Assembly: GCA_026413865.1 (NCBI GenBank)
Contig: JAOAKB010000003.1
Span: 32,480 to 96,479 of the forward strand
Direction of reading: 5' to 3'
Source: Nitrososphaeria archaeon
Lineage (GTDB): Archaea; Thermoproteota; Nitrososphaeria; JACIWG01
DNA: 64,000 nt
In this document: one piece after another, positions 50,445 to 60,635 of the stretch
Layout of the letters: each line of letters begins with the position of its first letter
Position numbering within the stretch: the first letter of the stretch is position 1
The notes under the pieces: generated by a model
What the model saw: only the letters and a program-made list of their open reading frames with translations
The model's database searches: none
What the model was told of the DNA's origin: nothing
Position numbers and translations under genes: made by a program

Positions 50445-50541
50445 ACATACTTATAAACAAACTCTCCTCCATTTAAAAAAGATCAATATATTTAACAACG
50501 AATTTTTATGTAAAAAGTTATATATTCAGTTAATTAATCCT

Positions 50542-50618
50542 CCAAAAATGTGCCGCTGTAGCTTAACCCGGTAAAGCGGCTGGCTGTTAACCAGTAGAGT
50601 GGAGGTTCAAATCCTCCC
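50542..50618 (+). tRNA. tRNA-Asn(GTT) with genomically encoded CCA
   Basis: Acceptor GCCGCTG/CAGCGGC, D-stem GCTT/AAGC, anticodon stem GCTGG/CCAGT, loop CTGTTAA, T-arm GGAGG-TTCAAAT-CCTCC, discriminator G followed by CCA. Confidence 0.75.
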
Positions 50619-50779
50619 AGCGGCGCCATTTATTTGTTATAGCGCCCTATTTTGATGAAAGGAAAATTTGGTAATAGCTAGCTATGTTAGTTAGAGGAAG
50701 CAGTGCCCTTAACATGCAAAACCTCTCTCTAAAATAGTAATGTTTAAATAATCAATTAATTTAAAATCCTTGCCAATAT

Positions 50780-52027
50780 TTGGTGGATTGTTGCTTTGTG
50801 GTAAATATTAATTATAGCACCCTGCTTATCGAATCTCTAATTTCGTCTATAACCGATTTAGAAAGGTCTTCAAAAACTGTTTTAGATGCTTTGCTTAAAA
50901 TTACTGAAAGCGAAATTGGGTTTGTTGGCATAATAGAACCTGGAACGAAAGTGCTTGTTATTAAATCCTTTAAAAATGTAGGCAAACATTTTATGAAAGA
51001 GGAAAAAGTCATATATCCTGACGAAAATGATCGCTATCCTGCACCGTTTGGATATGCAATTAATGAAAGAATAGCTTTTTATATAAATGATCTTAAAGCT
51101 TATCCAGTATTAAAGAATATTTTAGAAGATTATTTTCTAGTAGAACGTTTTATTGTCGTTCCAGTTATGTTAAACGATAAAGTTTTAGGCTTGATTGTCT
51201 TAGCAAATTCTAAAAAAGACTATACAAACAATGATTTAGAGCAAGTAAAAAAGATTGGAAAATATTATGCTATAGCATTAGAACGCTACTGGCTTGAAAA
51301 AGAAATTAAAAAATATACACAAGATTTAGAAAGGATTGTTGAAGAAAAGGTTAAAGAATTGCATGAAAGGGAAACACTTGCAGCCATAGGACAAATGACC
51401 CTAATGGTCGCGCATGATTTAAGAAATCCGTTACAAGTAATCTCAAACTACAGCTTCCTACTAGATAATACGGCAAAAAGTAATCCTTGTAAAATTAGTG
51501 AAAGGGTAAGAAAATATGTTCAAGTAATTGAGAAAAACATATTATATATTGATAGGATTGCTAAAGACCTACAATATTTAGGTAAGCGTGAAGCGAAACT
51601 TGAGCCAGTAAACCTACAAGCTATAGTAGGAGAAACTCTTAAGCAGTTTCCTAAATCAGAAAACATAAAAATTATAAAAGACGTTGACAATATCAGAACA
51701 CAACTTGATCCACTTCTAATAGTGAAGGCATTATCTAATATTATATTGAACGCTATACAGGCTATGCCAAAAGGTGGTACATTAATGATCAAGGCAAAAC
51801 AAAAAAATAGCATAATAGAATTTACTGTTACAGACACGGGCGTCGGCATGAGTGATGAAGTAAAAAGAAACTTATTCAAACCATTCTATACAACAAAATC
51901 TAAAGGCATGGGCTTAGGCCTAGCATTAGTAAAACATGTGGTAGACTTACATCATGGAACAATTGAAGTGGAAAGCGAACCAAACAAAGGAACAAAAATA
52001 ACAATAAAAATACCAAGCATAAAATAG
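50780..52027 (+). CDS. GAF-domain sensor histidine kinase
   Basis: N-terminal GAF-like region, HisKA H-box MVAHDLRNPL, HATPase_c N/G boxes (NAIQAM, DTGVGM, GMGLGLAL). No response regulator seen nearby. Confidence 0.7.
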   Translation: MVDCCFVVNINYSTLLIESLISSITDLERSSKTVLDALLKITESEIGFVGIIEPGTKVLVIKSFKNVGKHFMKEEKVIYPDENDRYPAPFGYAINERIAFYINDLKAYPVLKNILEDYFLVERFIVVPVMLNDKVLGLIVLANSKKDYTNNDLEQVKKIGKYYAIALERYWLEKEIKKYTQDLERIVEEKVKELHERETLAAIGQMTLMVAHDLRNPLQVISNYSFLLDNTAKSNPCKISERVRKYVQVIEKNILYIDRIAKDLQYLGKREAKLEPVNLQAIVGETLKQFPKSENIKIIKDVDNIRTQLDPLLIVKALSNIILNAIQAMPKGGTLMIKAKQKNSIIEFTVTDTGVGMSDEVKRNLFKPFYTTKSKGMGLGLALVKHVVDLHHGTIEVESEPNKGTKITIKIPSIK

Positions 52028-52135
52028 GATTTTTATAGAATTTCAGTTAACTAAGAATGTTGTAGCATATGCCAGAGTAATTAGAAACTATAGTTAACAT
52101 TAAAGAGCAAATTGTAGAATATATAACGCCTATCC

Positions 52136-53134
52136 CTATGTAAAGTATGGACCTTTTTTTGGTGATATTTTATCAATTCTTTCTAACTCTGCCTCTGTCA
52201 ATTTAAGTTCTGTTGCTGCAACATTTTCTTCAAGTTGTTCCACGGTAGTGGGGCCTATTACTGGTGCTGTTATAGCTGGATTTGCTAACAGCCATGCTAA
52301 TGCTATCTGAAGCATTGGTTTACCAATCTTTTTAGAAAAGTTTTCTAGTCCCTCAATTACCTTAAGATTAAATGGGTCATCCCATTCAAAGTTGTGTCTT
52401 TTAAAGAATTCTGGTTTAAGTGCCCCCCTACTGCCTTCGGGTGGTGGTGCACCTGGTCTATATTTTCCAGTCAACACTCCTCCAGCAAGGGGACTGTAAG
52501 GGACTATTCCTATACCCTGGTCGACACATAATGGAATAATTTCTCTTTCAGCCTCTCTTTGGAGTAAATTATATCGTGGTTGGCTTACAACAAATTTTTC
52601 AAAGCCATTTTTATCGCTTATCCATAAAGCTTTGCAGTGGAGCCAAGCTGGAAAGTTTGAGCATCCAATATAATGTACTTTACCCCATCTAACTAGGTCA
52701 TTTAGTGCCGCTAATGTCTCCTCTAATGGTGTTGGTTCACCAACAAATCCTTTGACTATATCAACATTACTTGGCCTATGCAGGTAAAGGATGTCAATGT
52801 AGTCTGTTCCAAGTCTTTGTAGACTTTCTCTTACAGCAAACATTATATGTTTTCTACTTAAGCCCTCATCATTTGGTCCTGGTCCTATACGATGTCGAAC
52901 TTTAGTTGCTAAAACAATACTGTCTCTCATTCCCTTAATCGCTTTACCAACATATTCTTCAGACTTTCCATTATTGTAGACATTTGCTGTATCAATGAAG
53001 TTGATGCCCAAATCAACGGCCTTCTTAATAATCTTGTTAGCTGTTTCTTCATTCACCTTCGAACCAAAATCCATTGTTCCAAGACATATTTCAGAAACTT
53101 TTAAACCACATTTTCCTAGACGTTTATATTCCAA
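52136..53134 (-). CDS. aldo/keto reductase
   Basis: AKR family start MEYKRLGKCGLKVSEICLGTM and conserved Asp/Tyr/Lys/His catalytic-tetrad regions. Confidence 0.8.
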   Translation of the reverse strand: MEYKRLGKCGLKVSEICLGTMDFGSKVNEETANKIIKKAVDLGINFIDTANVYNNGKSEEYVGKAIKGMRDSIVLATKVRHRIGPGPNDEGLSRKHIMFAVRESLQRLGTDYIDILYLHRPSNVDIVKGFVGEPTPLEETLAALNDLVRWGKVHYIGCSNFPAWLHCKALWISDKNGFEKFVVSQPRYNLLQREAEREIIPLCVDQGIGIVPYSPLAGGVLTGKYRPGAPPPEGSRGALKPEFFKRHNFEWDDPFNLKVIEGLENFSKKIGKPMLQIALAWLLANPAITAPVIGPTTVEQLEENVAATELKLTEAELERIDKISPKKGPYFT

Positions 53135-53250
53135 ATATATTTACCTCAAGCTAGTATATAATTTTATAATTATTTATGTATATTGTTTTTATAAAATAAT
53201 ATTTTTGTCTACTCTACAAGATTATATCTGTTAAATGAACAGCTAGAGTA

Positions 53251-53345
53251 TGGGCCCGGTGGGATTTGAACCCACGGCTGACCGGTTTCTCAAGATCACT
53301 TTACTTTATGAGCCGGTCACTCTGACCTAGCTGAGTTACGGGCCC
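53251..53345 (-). tRNA. elongator tRNA-Met(CAT) with a 20-nt intron at the canonical 37/38 position
   Basis: Reverse complement: acceptor GGGCCCG/CGGGCCC, D-stem ACTC/GAGT, anticodon stem ACCGG/CCGGT, loop CTCATA then a 20-nt insert (plus-strand coordinates 53287..53306) then A, T-arm GTGGG-TTCAAAT-CCCAC, discriminator A. Confidence 0.7.
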
Positions 53346-53423
53346 ACGTTTCCTTCTATCTTTTGTGGAGGTTTAAATAATTTTTGTTTTATTAAAAATA
53401 AAGGTTGAAGGGAATCTATGTTA

Positions 53424-54194
53424 CTAAATTCCTTTCTTAACAATTTCAAGCCATTCTTTTGCAGCCCTAAGTAGTATTCCAATGTCTCCTGAAAGGTCTA
53501 TCATCTTGAAACCTTGTTTTATTCTTTTTACTGCAGTCTGTGGGTCGTCTGTCCATATTCCTCCAGGCTTGTCAGCATGCTTTCCAGCTTTTAAAACAGT
53601 ATCTATTGAGTTCTTGAACTTTTCACTTTCAAATTCTCCTGGTACTCCAAGTGAGCATGATAGATCATATGGTCCTATAAAGTAGGCGTCTACACCATCA
53701 ACCTTCAAAATATCGTATGCGTTTTTTATTGCCTCTTCTGTTTCAATCTGTACTATCACTGCAATGTTATCGTTTGCTCTTTTTGCATATGTTGGGTCTA
53801 GGCCGTATGCTGCTGCTCTTCTCGGGCCAAATCCTCTTATTCCATAAGGTGGGTATCTGCATGCTTTAACTGCTTTAACTGCATCTTCTACTGTATTAAC
53901 CCATGGTACCACTATTCCTTCTGCTCCTATGTCCAGTGCAAGTTTTATTAGTACTGGGTCATTCCATGCTACCCTTATTAATGGTGAAACTTCTGTACCA
54001 CTTAATGGTTGAATAAGCTTCTGTATTATTGAAGTGTTTAGAGGTGAATGTTCTGTGTCAAAGACAAACCAATCGAATCCCACATGTCCAAGCATATCAA
54101 CAACATCAGAATCTGTTAAAGAAATCCAGGTTCCAAATGTCAACTTATGTTCTTTAAGAAATTGTTTCATCCTACCTTTAACAAACTGAGGCAT
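53424..54194 (-). CDS. HpcH/HpaI-family aldolase (2-keto-3-deoxy acid aldolase / citrate-lyase beta-like)
   Basis: TIM-barrel aldolase family sequence with conserved Arg and Glu/Asp metal-site regions. 256 aa. Confidence 0.65.
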   Translation of the reverse strand: MPQFVKGRMKQFLKEHKLTFGTWISLTDSDVVDMLGHVGFDWFVFDTEHSPLNTSIIQKLIQPLSGTEVSPLIRVAWNDPVLIKLALDIGAEGIVVPWVNTVEDAVKAVKACRYPPYGIRGFGPRRAAAYGLDPTYAKRANDNIAVIVQIETEEAIKNAYDILKVDGVDAYFIGPYDLSCSLGVPGEFESEKFKNSIDTVLKAGKHADKPGGIWTDDPQTAVKRIKQGFKMIDLSGDIGILLRAAKEWLEIVKKGI

Positions 54195-54316
54195 ATTTCC
54201 ATCATTGCAGCATTAACAAATCTAATATAAATTATTTTCAAAAATCTATAAATATACTCTTATTTTATAAGTTTTTTCATTAAAGATTTTAAACCATTAT
54301 CACCAATCTCTAGTAG

Positions 54317-55228
54317 ATGAGCAATAAACATATTATCGCACTCCTTATCATAGTCTCAACATTCTGCTTAGGTATAAATAGTGTACAAGCCCTTTCTCCC
54401 TCACAAGTTAAGGCTGGTGTTTGGGTTATTAGTATTGATAAGGTTGACCTTGCAGCTGGAACATTTTCTGCAGACTTCTACCTCTGGTTCCATTATACAG
54501 ATGTCCCCCCAAATTTTGAATTCATAAATGGTGTACCATCTAAAATTGAAAAGACTGTTGAAAGAGAAGGGTATGTAGAATATAGGGTTAAGGCAACATT
54601 TGTTCAACAGTATAATTTTAAATCTTTTCCCTTTGACGTACAAAATCTTAATATAATTATTGAAGACAAGTCTCTTAACATATCAAAGTTAGTCTTTTCG
54701 CCTGATTTTGAACAAAGTGGTTTGGATCCTCAAGCTTATGTTGTTGGATGGCAATTCAAGGATTTTACATCAGAGAGTATTGTTCACGAATATCCTGGAG
54801 AAAACTATTCACGTATAATATTCACAATATCTATACAACGTGAAACATTTCCGGTTTTCATGAAAAATTTTGTTCCAATAACATTAATAACATTAATTAG
54901 TCTCCTCTCATTTGCTGTAAGCATACAAAACTATTCTCAAAGAATTTCCATAGGTATAACAACACTATTTTCTGCTGTAGCCTACCATCTAGCCACACTT
55001 AGCACCCTGCCCCCTCTCTCCTATCTTACATTATTTGATCGAATCATGTTAGCAATATACTCACTTTTCTTATTTAATATTGGTGTTAGTGTACAAGGTA
55101 TGCGTTTGGTTGACAGAAAACAGGTTGAACGTGCAATAGTGTTTGAGGATAGGATGCAAAAACTACTTCCACTTGTTATAATAGTGCTTCTAATATTCTT
55201 CACTATAGTAATTGAACCATTCACATAA
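54317..55228 (+). CDS. pentameric ligand-gated ion channel (Cys-loop receptor superfamily, prokaryotic Pro-loop type) homologue
   Basis: Signal peptide. About 180-aa beta-rich extracellular domain containing the family-defining FPFDVQN (FPFDxQ) loop motif. Pre-M1 R...FP. Four TM helices M1-M4, with M3 LTLFDRIMLAIYSLFLFN. 303 aa, GLIC/ELIC-like size. Confidence 0.7.
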   Translation: MSNKHIIALLIIVSTFCLGINSVQALSPSQVKAGVWVISIDKVDLAAGTFSADFYLWFHYTDVPPNFEFINGVPSKIEKTVEREGYVEYRVKATFVQQYNFKSFPFDVQNLNIIIEDKSLNISKLVFSPDFEQSGLDPQAYVVGWQFKDFTSESIVHEYPGENYSRIIFTISIQRETFPVFMKNFVPITLITLISLLSFAVSIQNYSQRISIGITTLFSAVAYHLATLSTLPPLSYLTLFDRIMLAIYSLFLFNIGVSVQGMRLVDRKQVERAIVFEDRMQKLLPLVIIVLLIFFTIVIEPFT

Positions 55229-55233
55229 AAATC

Positions 55234-56268
55234 TTAAATTTTTTTAATATATGTACTTGCTTTGTCTGCTATTGCTTTAGCCATTTCTAGTGTTCCAGCA
55301 TTTCCTCCTAGGTCATATGTAACATATTTTCCCTCTAGGATAACTTCTTCTGTGGCATCAAAAATTGCTTTTGCATAATCCTTTTCTCCAAGATATTCCA
55401 GCATCCATGCTGCTGAAAGTATCATTGCTGTAGGGTTAACCTTATACATGCCCTTATATTTTGGTGCACTACCATGCGCTGGTTCAAAGAGTGCATAATT
55501 GTCTCCAAAGTTTCCAGAATAAATGCATCCAATACTTCCAACAAGTCCAGCTGCTTCTTCTGAAATTATGTCCATGAAAAGGTTTGTTCCAAGTATAATG
55601 TTCTGGTTAAATCTTTGAGGATTCTTAACAAGCTGCTGTGCAATATTATCAACATAATATTCTTCAAACACTATTCCCGGAAAATCTTTAGCAACCCTTT
55701 CAACAGACTCAATAAATATGCCATCACATTCTCTCATAATATTTCTTTTCGTGACAACAACTACTTTATTCCACTTCCTTTCTTTTGCAATCTCAAAAGC
55801 TTTTCTTGCAACCTTCTCTGACTGTCTCCTAGAAATCTTTCTGAAAGCAATCGCTATATCGTCTGAAATCTTAAACTCTATCCCACTATAAAGTCCTTCT
55901 GTGGTTTCTCTAACACATATAAAATCCACCTCTCCAAGGGGGCCTGCTCTTCCCTTAAACGATTTTATTGGCCTTATGTTGGCATAGAGATCAAACTTCT
56001 GCCTTATAGATACAACAACACTCTTTGGTGCACCACTCTGTGGTGGTGTAGTCATAGGCGCCTTAAGGCATGCATCACTTTCTCTCAAAATTTTCCACGT
56101 TTCATCAGGTATAAGAGAATTTCCTCCATGTTCAAGCCACCACTCATATCCTGCCTCACAAGGTATAAATTCTATAGGCGGCTTTATTGCATTAAATACC
56201 ATCATTGTCGCTTCAACAAGCTCTGGCCCAACACCATCTCCCTTTATCAATGCAACCTTTTTCAACAA
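55234..56268 (-). CDS. isocitrate/3-isopropylmalate/homoisocitrate dehydrogenase family protein
   Basis: Beta-decarboxylating dehydrogenase family (LIKGDGVGPELV..., NLFGDI-like region). 344 aa. Confidence 0.75.
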   Translation of the reverse strand: MLKKVALIKGDGVGPELVEATMMVFNAIKPPIEFIPCEAGYEWWLEHGGNSLIPDETWKILRESDACLKAPMTTPPQSGAPKSVVVSIRQKFDLYANIRPIKSFKGRAGPLGEVDFICVRETTEGLYSGIEFKISDDIAIAFRKISRRQSEKVARKAFEIAKERKWNKVVVVTKRNIMRECDGIFIESVERVAKDFPGIVFEEYYVDNIAQQLVKNPQRFNQNIILGTNLFMDIISEEAAGLVGSIGCIYSGNFGDNYALFEPAHGSAPKYKGMYKVNPTAMILSAAWMLEYLGEKDYAKAIFDATEEVILEGKYVTYDLGGNAGTLEMAKAIADKASTYIKKI

Positions 56269-56419
56269 CTACCACGGCTAAAATCCTAAAAGGTTACAAA
56301 TTAAATCTTTTTGTCTAAACTTTCCATTTTAAAGTACATTTTATTGTTCTATAAATAGAACATCTGTTCAAAAATATAGTCTTATTTTTAATAAAATTCA
56401 TACTATAAGCTGATGGAAG

Positions 56420-57178
56420 ATGAATAGAGAACAAGCAATAGCAATATTTGGTGCACTTGCACTAACTCTAGCACTAGTCTCAACATCAATTTATACAATA
56501 CTTCTTAGTCAGCCGACAACAGCTACTGAAGTAGATGAAATAGTAGAGCATACCATCTATGTTTATGGGAATGGTGAAATTAAAGTTAACCCTGATATGG
56601 CTAAAGTAATGTTAAGTGTTGTAACTGAGGCGTCAAATGCAAAAGATGCTGCTGCAAAAAATGCTGTAATTGTTGAAGAATTGATCAAAAGACTTGAGAA
56701 TATGGGTGTATCAAAAGAAAATATTCAAACTACTTCATACAACATATATCCCATATACTATTATCCAAAAGAAGGTACACCAACAATAACAGGCTATAGG
56801 GTAGTTAATAGCCTAGAAGTTAGGATTATAGAGAAGGATGTTAGCAAGCTTGGATTAGCTACTGGAAAAATAGTAGACGAAGCAGTTGCAGCTGGAGTTA
56901 ACCAAGTTACAGGCATAATATTCACAGTAACAGATGAAACATACAAAAACCTAAAAAGTACTGCTTTAAAGCTGGCAGTAGAAGACGCCGCATCCAAAGC
57001 AAAACTTATTGCTGAAACATTAAACATAAAAATTGTGGGAATAAAATCTGTAAATGAAGGCTCATATTCTCCAACACCAGTATACGTTAAAGAAGCTACT
57101 ACACAATCAAGTACCACAATAATACCAGGTCAAGTTACAATACAGTACACAGTTCAAGTAACCTACCTGATAGAATAG
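56420..57178 (+). CDS. SIMPL/DUF541-domain secreted or membrane-anchored protein
   Basis: N-terminal TM/signal segment followed by a SIMPL-like domain. 252 aa. Confidence 0.5.
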   Translation: MNREQAIAIFGALALTLALVSTSIYTILLSQPTTATEVDEIVEHTIYVYGNGEIKVNPDMAKVMLSVVTEASNAKDAAAKNAVIVEELIKRLENMGVSKENIQTTSYNIYPIYYYPKEGTPTITGYRVVNSLEVRIIEKDVSKLGLATGKIVDEAVAAGVNQVTGIIFTVTDETYKNLKSTALKLAVEDAASKAKLIAETLNIKIVGIKSVNEGSYSPTPVYVKEATTQSSTTIIPGQVTIQYTVQVTYLIE

Positions 57179-57217
57179 GCTTAAATTTCTTAAGCCATTC
57201 CCAAAAATTTTTTATCC
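57178..57217 (+). terminator. hairpin plus T-tract after the SIMPL gene
   Basis: GGCTTAA-ATTTC-TTAAGCC perfect 7-bp stem overlapping the stop codon, then CCCAAAAATTTTTTA. Confidence 0.35.
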
Positions 57218-57500
57218 AATATATTCACCTATTCAAGTCTCTTGAGCACTCCTATAATAGGTCTAAATGGCTACAAAATTTACAGTTAAACAAAACATAC
57301 TCCAATAAAGAAATCACTTACACGCAACAAACTTTATCATAATAAAAATCTTATGTGCCATATAATAATATCATATGATAATGAGGATGTTATAGATTTT
57401 ATCGCAAACCTTAAACAGGAAGTTGTTTTCCAAAGCATTTGATGTACACACAAAAATCCAATTAAATTTTATATTCGTCTAAAACAATATATCCTTATGA

Positions 57501-58331
57501 ATGTATCCTTTTAAACTACATTTTAATCCTAAGAATCTACATTTAAATCATACTATAAAATTTCTAATTCTAATAACATTAATATCTATCTTATTATTGA
57601 GCATAGTTTCCTATCATTTCAGTTTAAAGGAAAGTTTTCAAGAAAAGGCTTCTAGTGTAAAAAACGATTATGTAAAAAATGTTCTTGAAAATTATGCCAT
57701 TAAGAACCTAAAAAGTTTCTCATACAACATATGCGGTTACAGTGTTGAACAAAAACCAATATACTATTGCAAAATAGGAAATGGTAAAGAAAACATTTTC
57801 ATAATAGGCGGATTACATGGTGATGAACCAAAAGGAACATACGCTTGTCTCGAATTCATAGAAACTCTCTTAAAAAACAATAGCCTAACAGAAAAATATA
57901 CTTTCACAATCATACCACTATGCAATCCTGACGGTGCACAAAATTATAAGAGAAGAAATTCTAACAACATAGACTTAAACAGAGACTTCTACAAAATATC
58001 ACAGCCAGAAACAAAAGCAATCATAAACCTATTTCAAAAACATAAACCAATAATATTGATTGATGTACACGAAAGCCTAGGAAGCATGCCACTAATCATA
58101 TACGCAAACAACAGTAAATCATTAAACCTAGCAACTTACATAAGTTTACAAAGCAATATTCCAGCTATATTGGCTGCAAATGTAGGACAGTCAGCAAACT
58201 ATGCAGAAAAAGAAAACATATACGGAATAATACTGGAGTTGCCATGCTTAAGCTGGAAATATGGTAACGGAACCATAATAATCTGGAACATTATATGTTA
58301 TTTCAATATGTACTTGTTACAAAAATTTTAG
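57501..58331 (+). CDS. M14 zinc carboxypeptidase / succinylglutamate desuccinylase-aspartoacylase family protein, membrane anchored
   Basis: Zinc-binding IIGGLHGDEPKG motif and downstream His. N-terminal TM. 276 aa. Confidence 0.5.
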   Translation: MYPFKLHFNPKNLHLNHTIKFLILITLISILLLSIVSYHFSLKESFQEKASSVKNDYVKNVLENYAIKNLKSFSYNICGYSVEQKPIYYCKIGNGKENIFIIGGLHGDEPKGTYACLEFIETLLKNNSLTEKYTFTIIPLCNPDGAQNYKRRNSNNIDLNRDFYKISQPETKAIINLFQKHKPIILIDVHESLGSMPLIIYANNSKSLNLATYISLQSNIPAILAANVGQSANYAEKENIYGIILELPCLSWKYGNGTIIIWNIICYFNMYLLQKF

Positions 58332-58366
58332 GGCTAGTATTCTTATTACTAAAATAAAATTAGTGA

Positions 58367-59683
58367 CTATCCACAATAAGTGGTTAAAAAGTGTGCTAAG
58401 ATTTTAGTGCCTTCTACTAATTGGTCAATTGGAATATATTCATTTGGTCCATGAATATTCATAAATATATTGCCAGGTCCATATGTTACACCAGATATTC
58501 CTAACTTTTGAAGGAATGTAAGATCATTCACACCCTTATTTCCTGAAAATATAACTTTTTTTCTTGTGACTTTTTCATGAACCTGAGCAAGTATCTTTAC
58601 TGCAGGATGTCCTATATCAGTTTGATAAGGTGGCCAATGAAAACGTTTAGCAAAAGTTAATTGAGGCGGGTGATTCTTTAACCAGCTATCCGTTTTTGAA
58701 TAACTTTCTATTGTTTCTAAAATTAATTTTTTTGTTTCTTCATATCCTATTTGCGGTGGGTAATAACATTGGCAAGTAATTTTAGCATTACCGGCTACTG
58801 ATGCTATATAACTTCCACCCTCTATAAATGACACATTTATAGTAAATGCAGCTCCTAAGCCTTGTAAATCGAGAGGCACAGGAAGGCCCCCTACTCCAAT
58901 TACTTGATTTCTTAAATTTATTACAGTTTCTCTTTCTAATTTTTGAAGAACCCTTACTATATCTATAATTTTAGAGATAGCATCAACACCTACCTCATCT
59001 CCACATGGTATTCCCAAGCGTTGAGGATAAAGCATAACATTTCTATTCGCTGTATGAGTTTCTTTCCCTTCAACAATAACTTCAAAATCAAAAGTGCCAC
59101 AACTTTCAACATGTATCTCACAGTTTGTAGGCTCTAAACTTAAACAAAAATCAAATTTACATCCATTATCTAATAATCTTTTGGTTGCGGCCGTCGTTCC
59201 AATATTATGGTCCATGTGTTCTTCACCCACAACTAATTCTAACCCCAAATTCTTTGGTCTCCAGCCAATACTTTGAAGTGCTTTTATAGCCCAAAGCATA
59301 CATGTTATGCCACCTTTCATATCACTTGCCCCTCTTCCGAAAATTTTTTTATCTTTAATAATCGGTGACCATGGATTACTCTGCCATCTTGATAACTGGT
59401 TTTCTGGAACGTCAACCACATCCACATGTCCATTTAATAATAGTCCATTTTTTTCTCCCTTTGAAAAGCATATAATGTTTGGTCTTCTTTCTTTAGATGA
59501 CGCATAGTAAAGCTCTTTGTATTCAAAATCTAATTCTTTCTCTATGAAGGGAAACAAAAAATTTTTCTGAACTTCTTCTTCAAAGCCTGTTATAGACTTA
59601 TATTCTATAAGTTTGCAGCAAAAGTTAGTTATCTCATTACGGTGATCTTCGATCCATTCATCTACTTTTTTTAAATTATGCAT
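58367..59683 (-). CDS. M20-family metallopeptidase (ArgE/DapE/acetylornithine deacetylase-like)
   Basis: GRGASDMKGG motif, His/Asp/Glu metal ligands. 438 aa. Confidence 0.7.
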   Translation of the reverse strand: MHNLKKVDEWIEDHRNEITNFCCKLIEYKSITGFEEEVQKNFLFPFIEKELDFEYKELYYASSKERRPNIICFSKGEKNGLLLNGHVDVVDVPENQLSRWQSNPWSPIIKDKKIFGRGASDMKGGITCMLWAIKALQSIGWRPKNLGLELVVGEEHMDHNIGTTAATKRLLDNGCKFDFCLSLEPTNCEIHVESCGTFDFEVIVEGKETHTANRNVMLYPQRLGIPCGDEVGVDAISKIIDIVRVLQKLERETVINLRNQVIGVGGLPVPLDLQGLGAAFTINVSFIEGGSYIASVAGNAKITCQCYYPPQIGYEETKKLILETIESYSKTDSWLKNHPPQLTFAKRFHWPPYQTDIGHPAVKILAQVHEKVTRKKVIFSGNKGVNDLTFLQKLGISGVTYGPGNIFMNIHGPNEYIPIDQLVEGTKILAHFLTTYCG

Positions 59684-59771
59684 AATTGAAAATTACTATT
59701 TCTTTTATATAAAGCTTAACAATAAGTAAATTTTAGAATATTTAAATAGAATAAATAATAAATATGATGGT

Positions 59772-60482
59772 ATGAAAATAGTAGCATTTATTGCTCATCC
59801 TGACTATACTGAACTTTTTTTTGGAGGCACAGTAATAAAACACGCTCGAAAGGGAGATGAAGTAATAATAGTATCTGTTTCTCCAGGTGAAATGGGTCAT
59901 CCAACAATTCCTCCACTCGAGTTGGCAAAAATTAGGGAAAATGAACTTAGGGAAGCAGCTAAAATTGAAGGTGTAAAAGAAGTAAGGGTCCTAAACTTTA
60001 AGGACACAGAAATTTTTAACACACCCGAACTTAGAATGGCTATCACTGAAATTATAAGAGAACTAAAGCCTGATATAGTGATAACACATTGGCCAAATGA
60101 TTATGCATCTGACCTAAAAAATACTGGTCAGGCTGTAATTGATGCATGTTTGCTATCATATTTGGGTGCGGTCAAAACAAAATATCCTCCACACATGGTT
60201 GGGAAAATTTACACATTTGAAGTACCTTCAACTTCTATAGGTTTCGAACCTGACTTTTTCGTAGACATAACTGACGTTATAGATATAAAAATTGAAGCCT
60301 CAAAGTGTCACAAGTCAATGATAGAATTGTTTGGTATGGGTAGTCTTGAAGCATGGACTAGCATGGTGCGTGGAATAAACAGGTACTGGGGTATAAAGGC
60401 AAGGGTAATGTATGCAGAAGCATTTAAAGAAGTTAATGTACCTTTCGCAGGCAGGAAGGCATTGAACTATCTTCCATTTTAG
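59772..60482 (+). CDS. PIG-L/LmbE-family N-acetylglucosaminyl deacetylase
   Basis: N-terminal IAHPDYTE (AHPDDE-like) and HxxH region. 236 aa. Confidence 0.55.
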   Translation: MKIVAFIAHPDYTELFFGGTVIKHARKGDEVIIVSVSPGEMGHPTIPPLELAKIRENELREAAKIEGVKEVRVLNFKDTEIFNTPELRMAITEIIRELKPDIVITHWPNDYASDLKNTGQAVIDACLLSYLGAVKTKYPPHMVGKIYTFEVPSTSIGFEPDFFVDITDVIDIKIEASKCHKSMIELFGMGSLEAWTSMVRGINRYWGIKARVMYAEAFKEVNVPFAGRKALNYLPF

Positions 60483-60635
60483 CTTCCCTTATTTTTTTAT
60501 TTGGAAAAATTTTGTTAAAACATTTTCTTTAGTCTGATTTAAAATTCTATTTATATTACATATATTTGAAGATTTTATTTGCCTGACTTGCTATTATAAA
60601 AAACTTAAATATAGTCTTAAAAATTAGATAAATCT

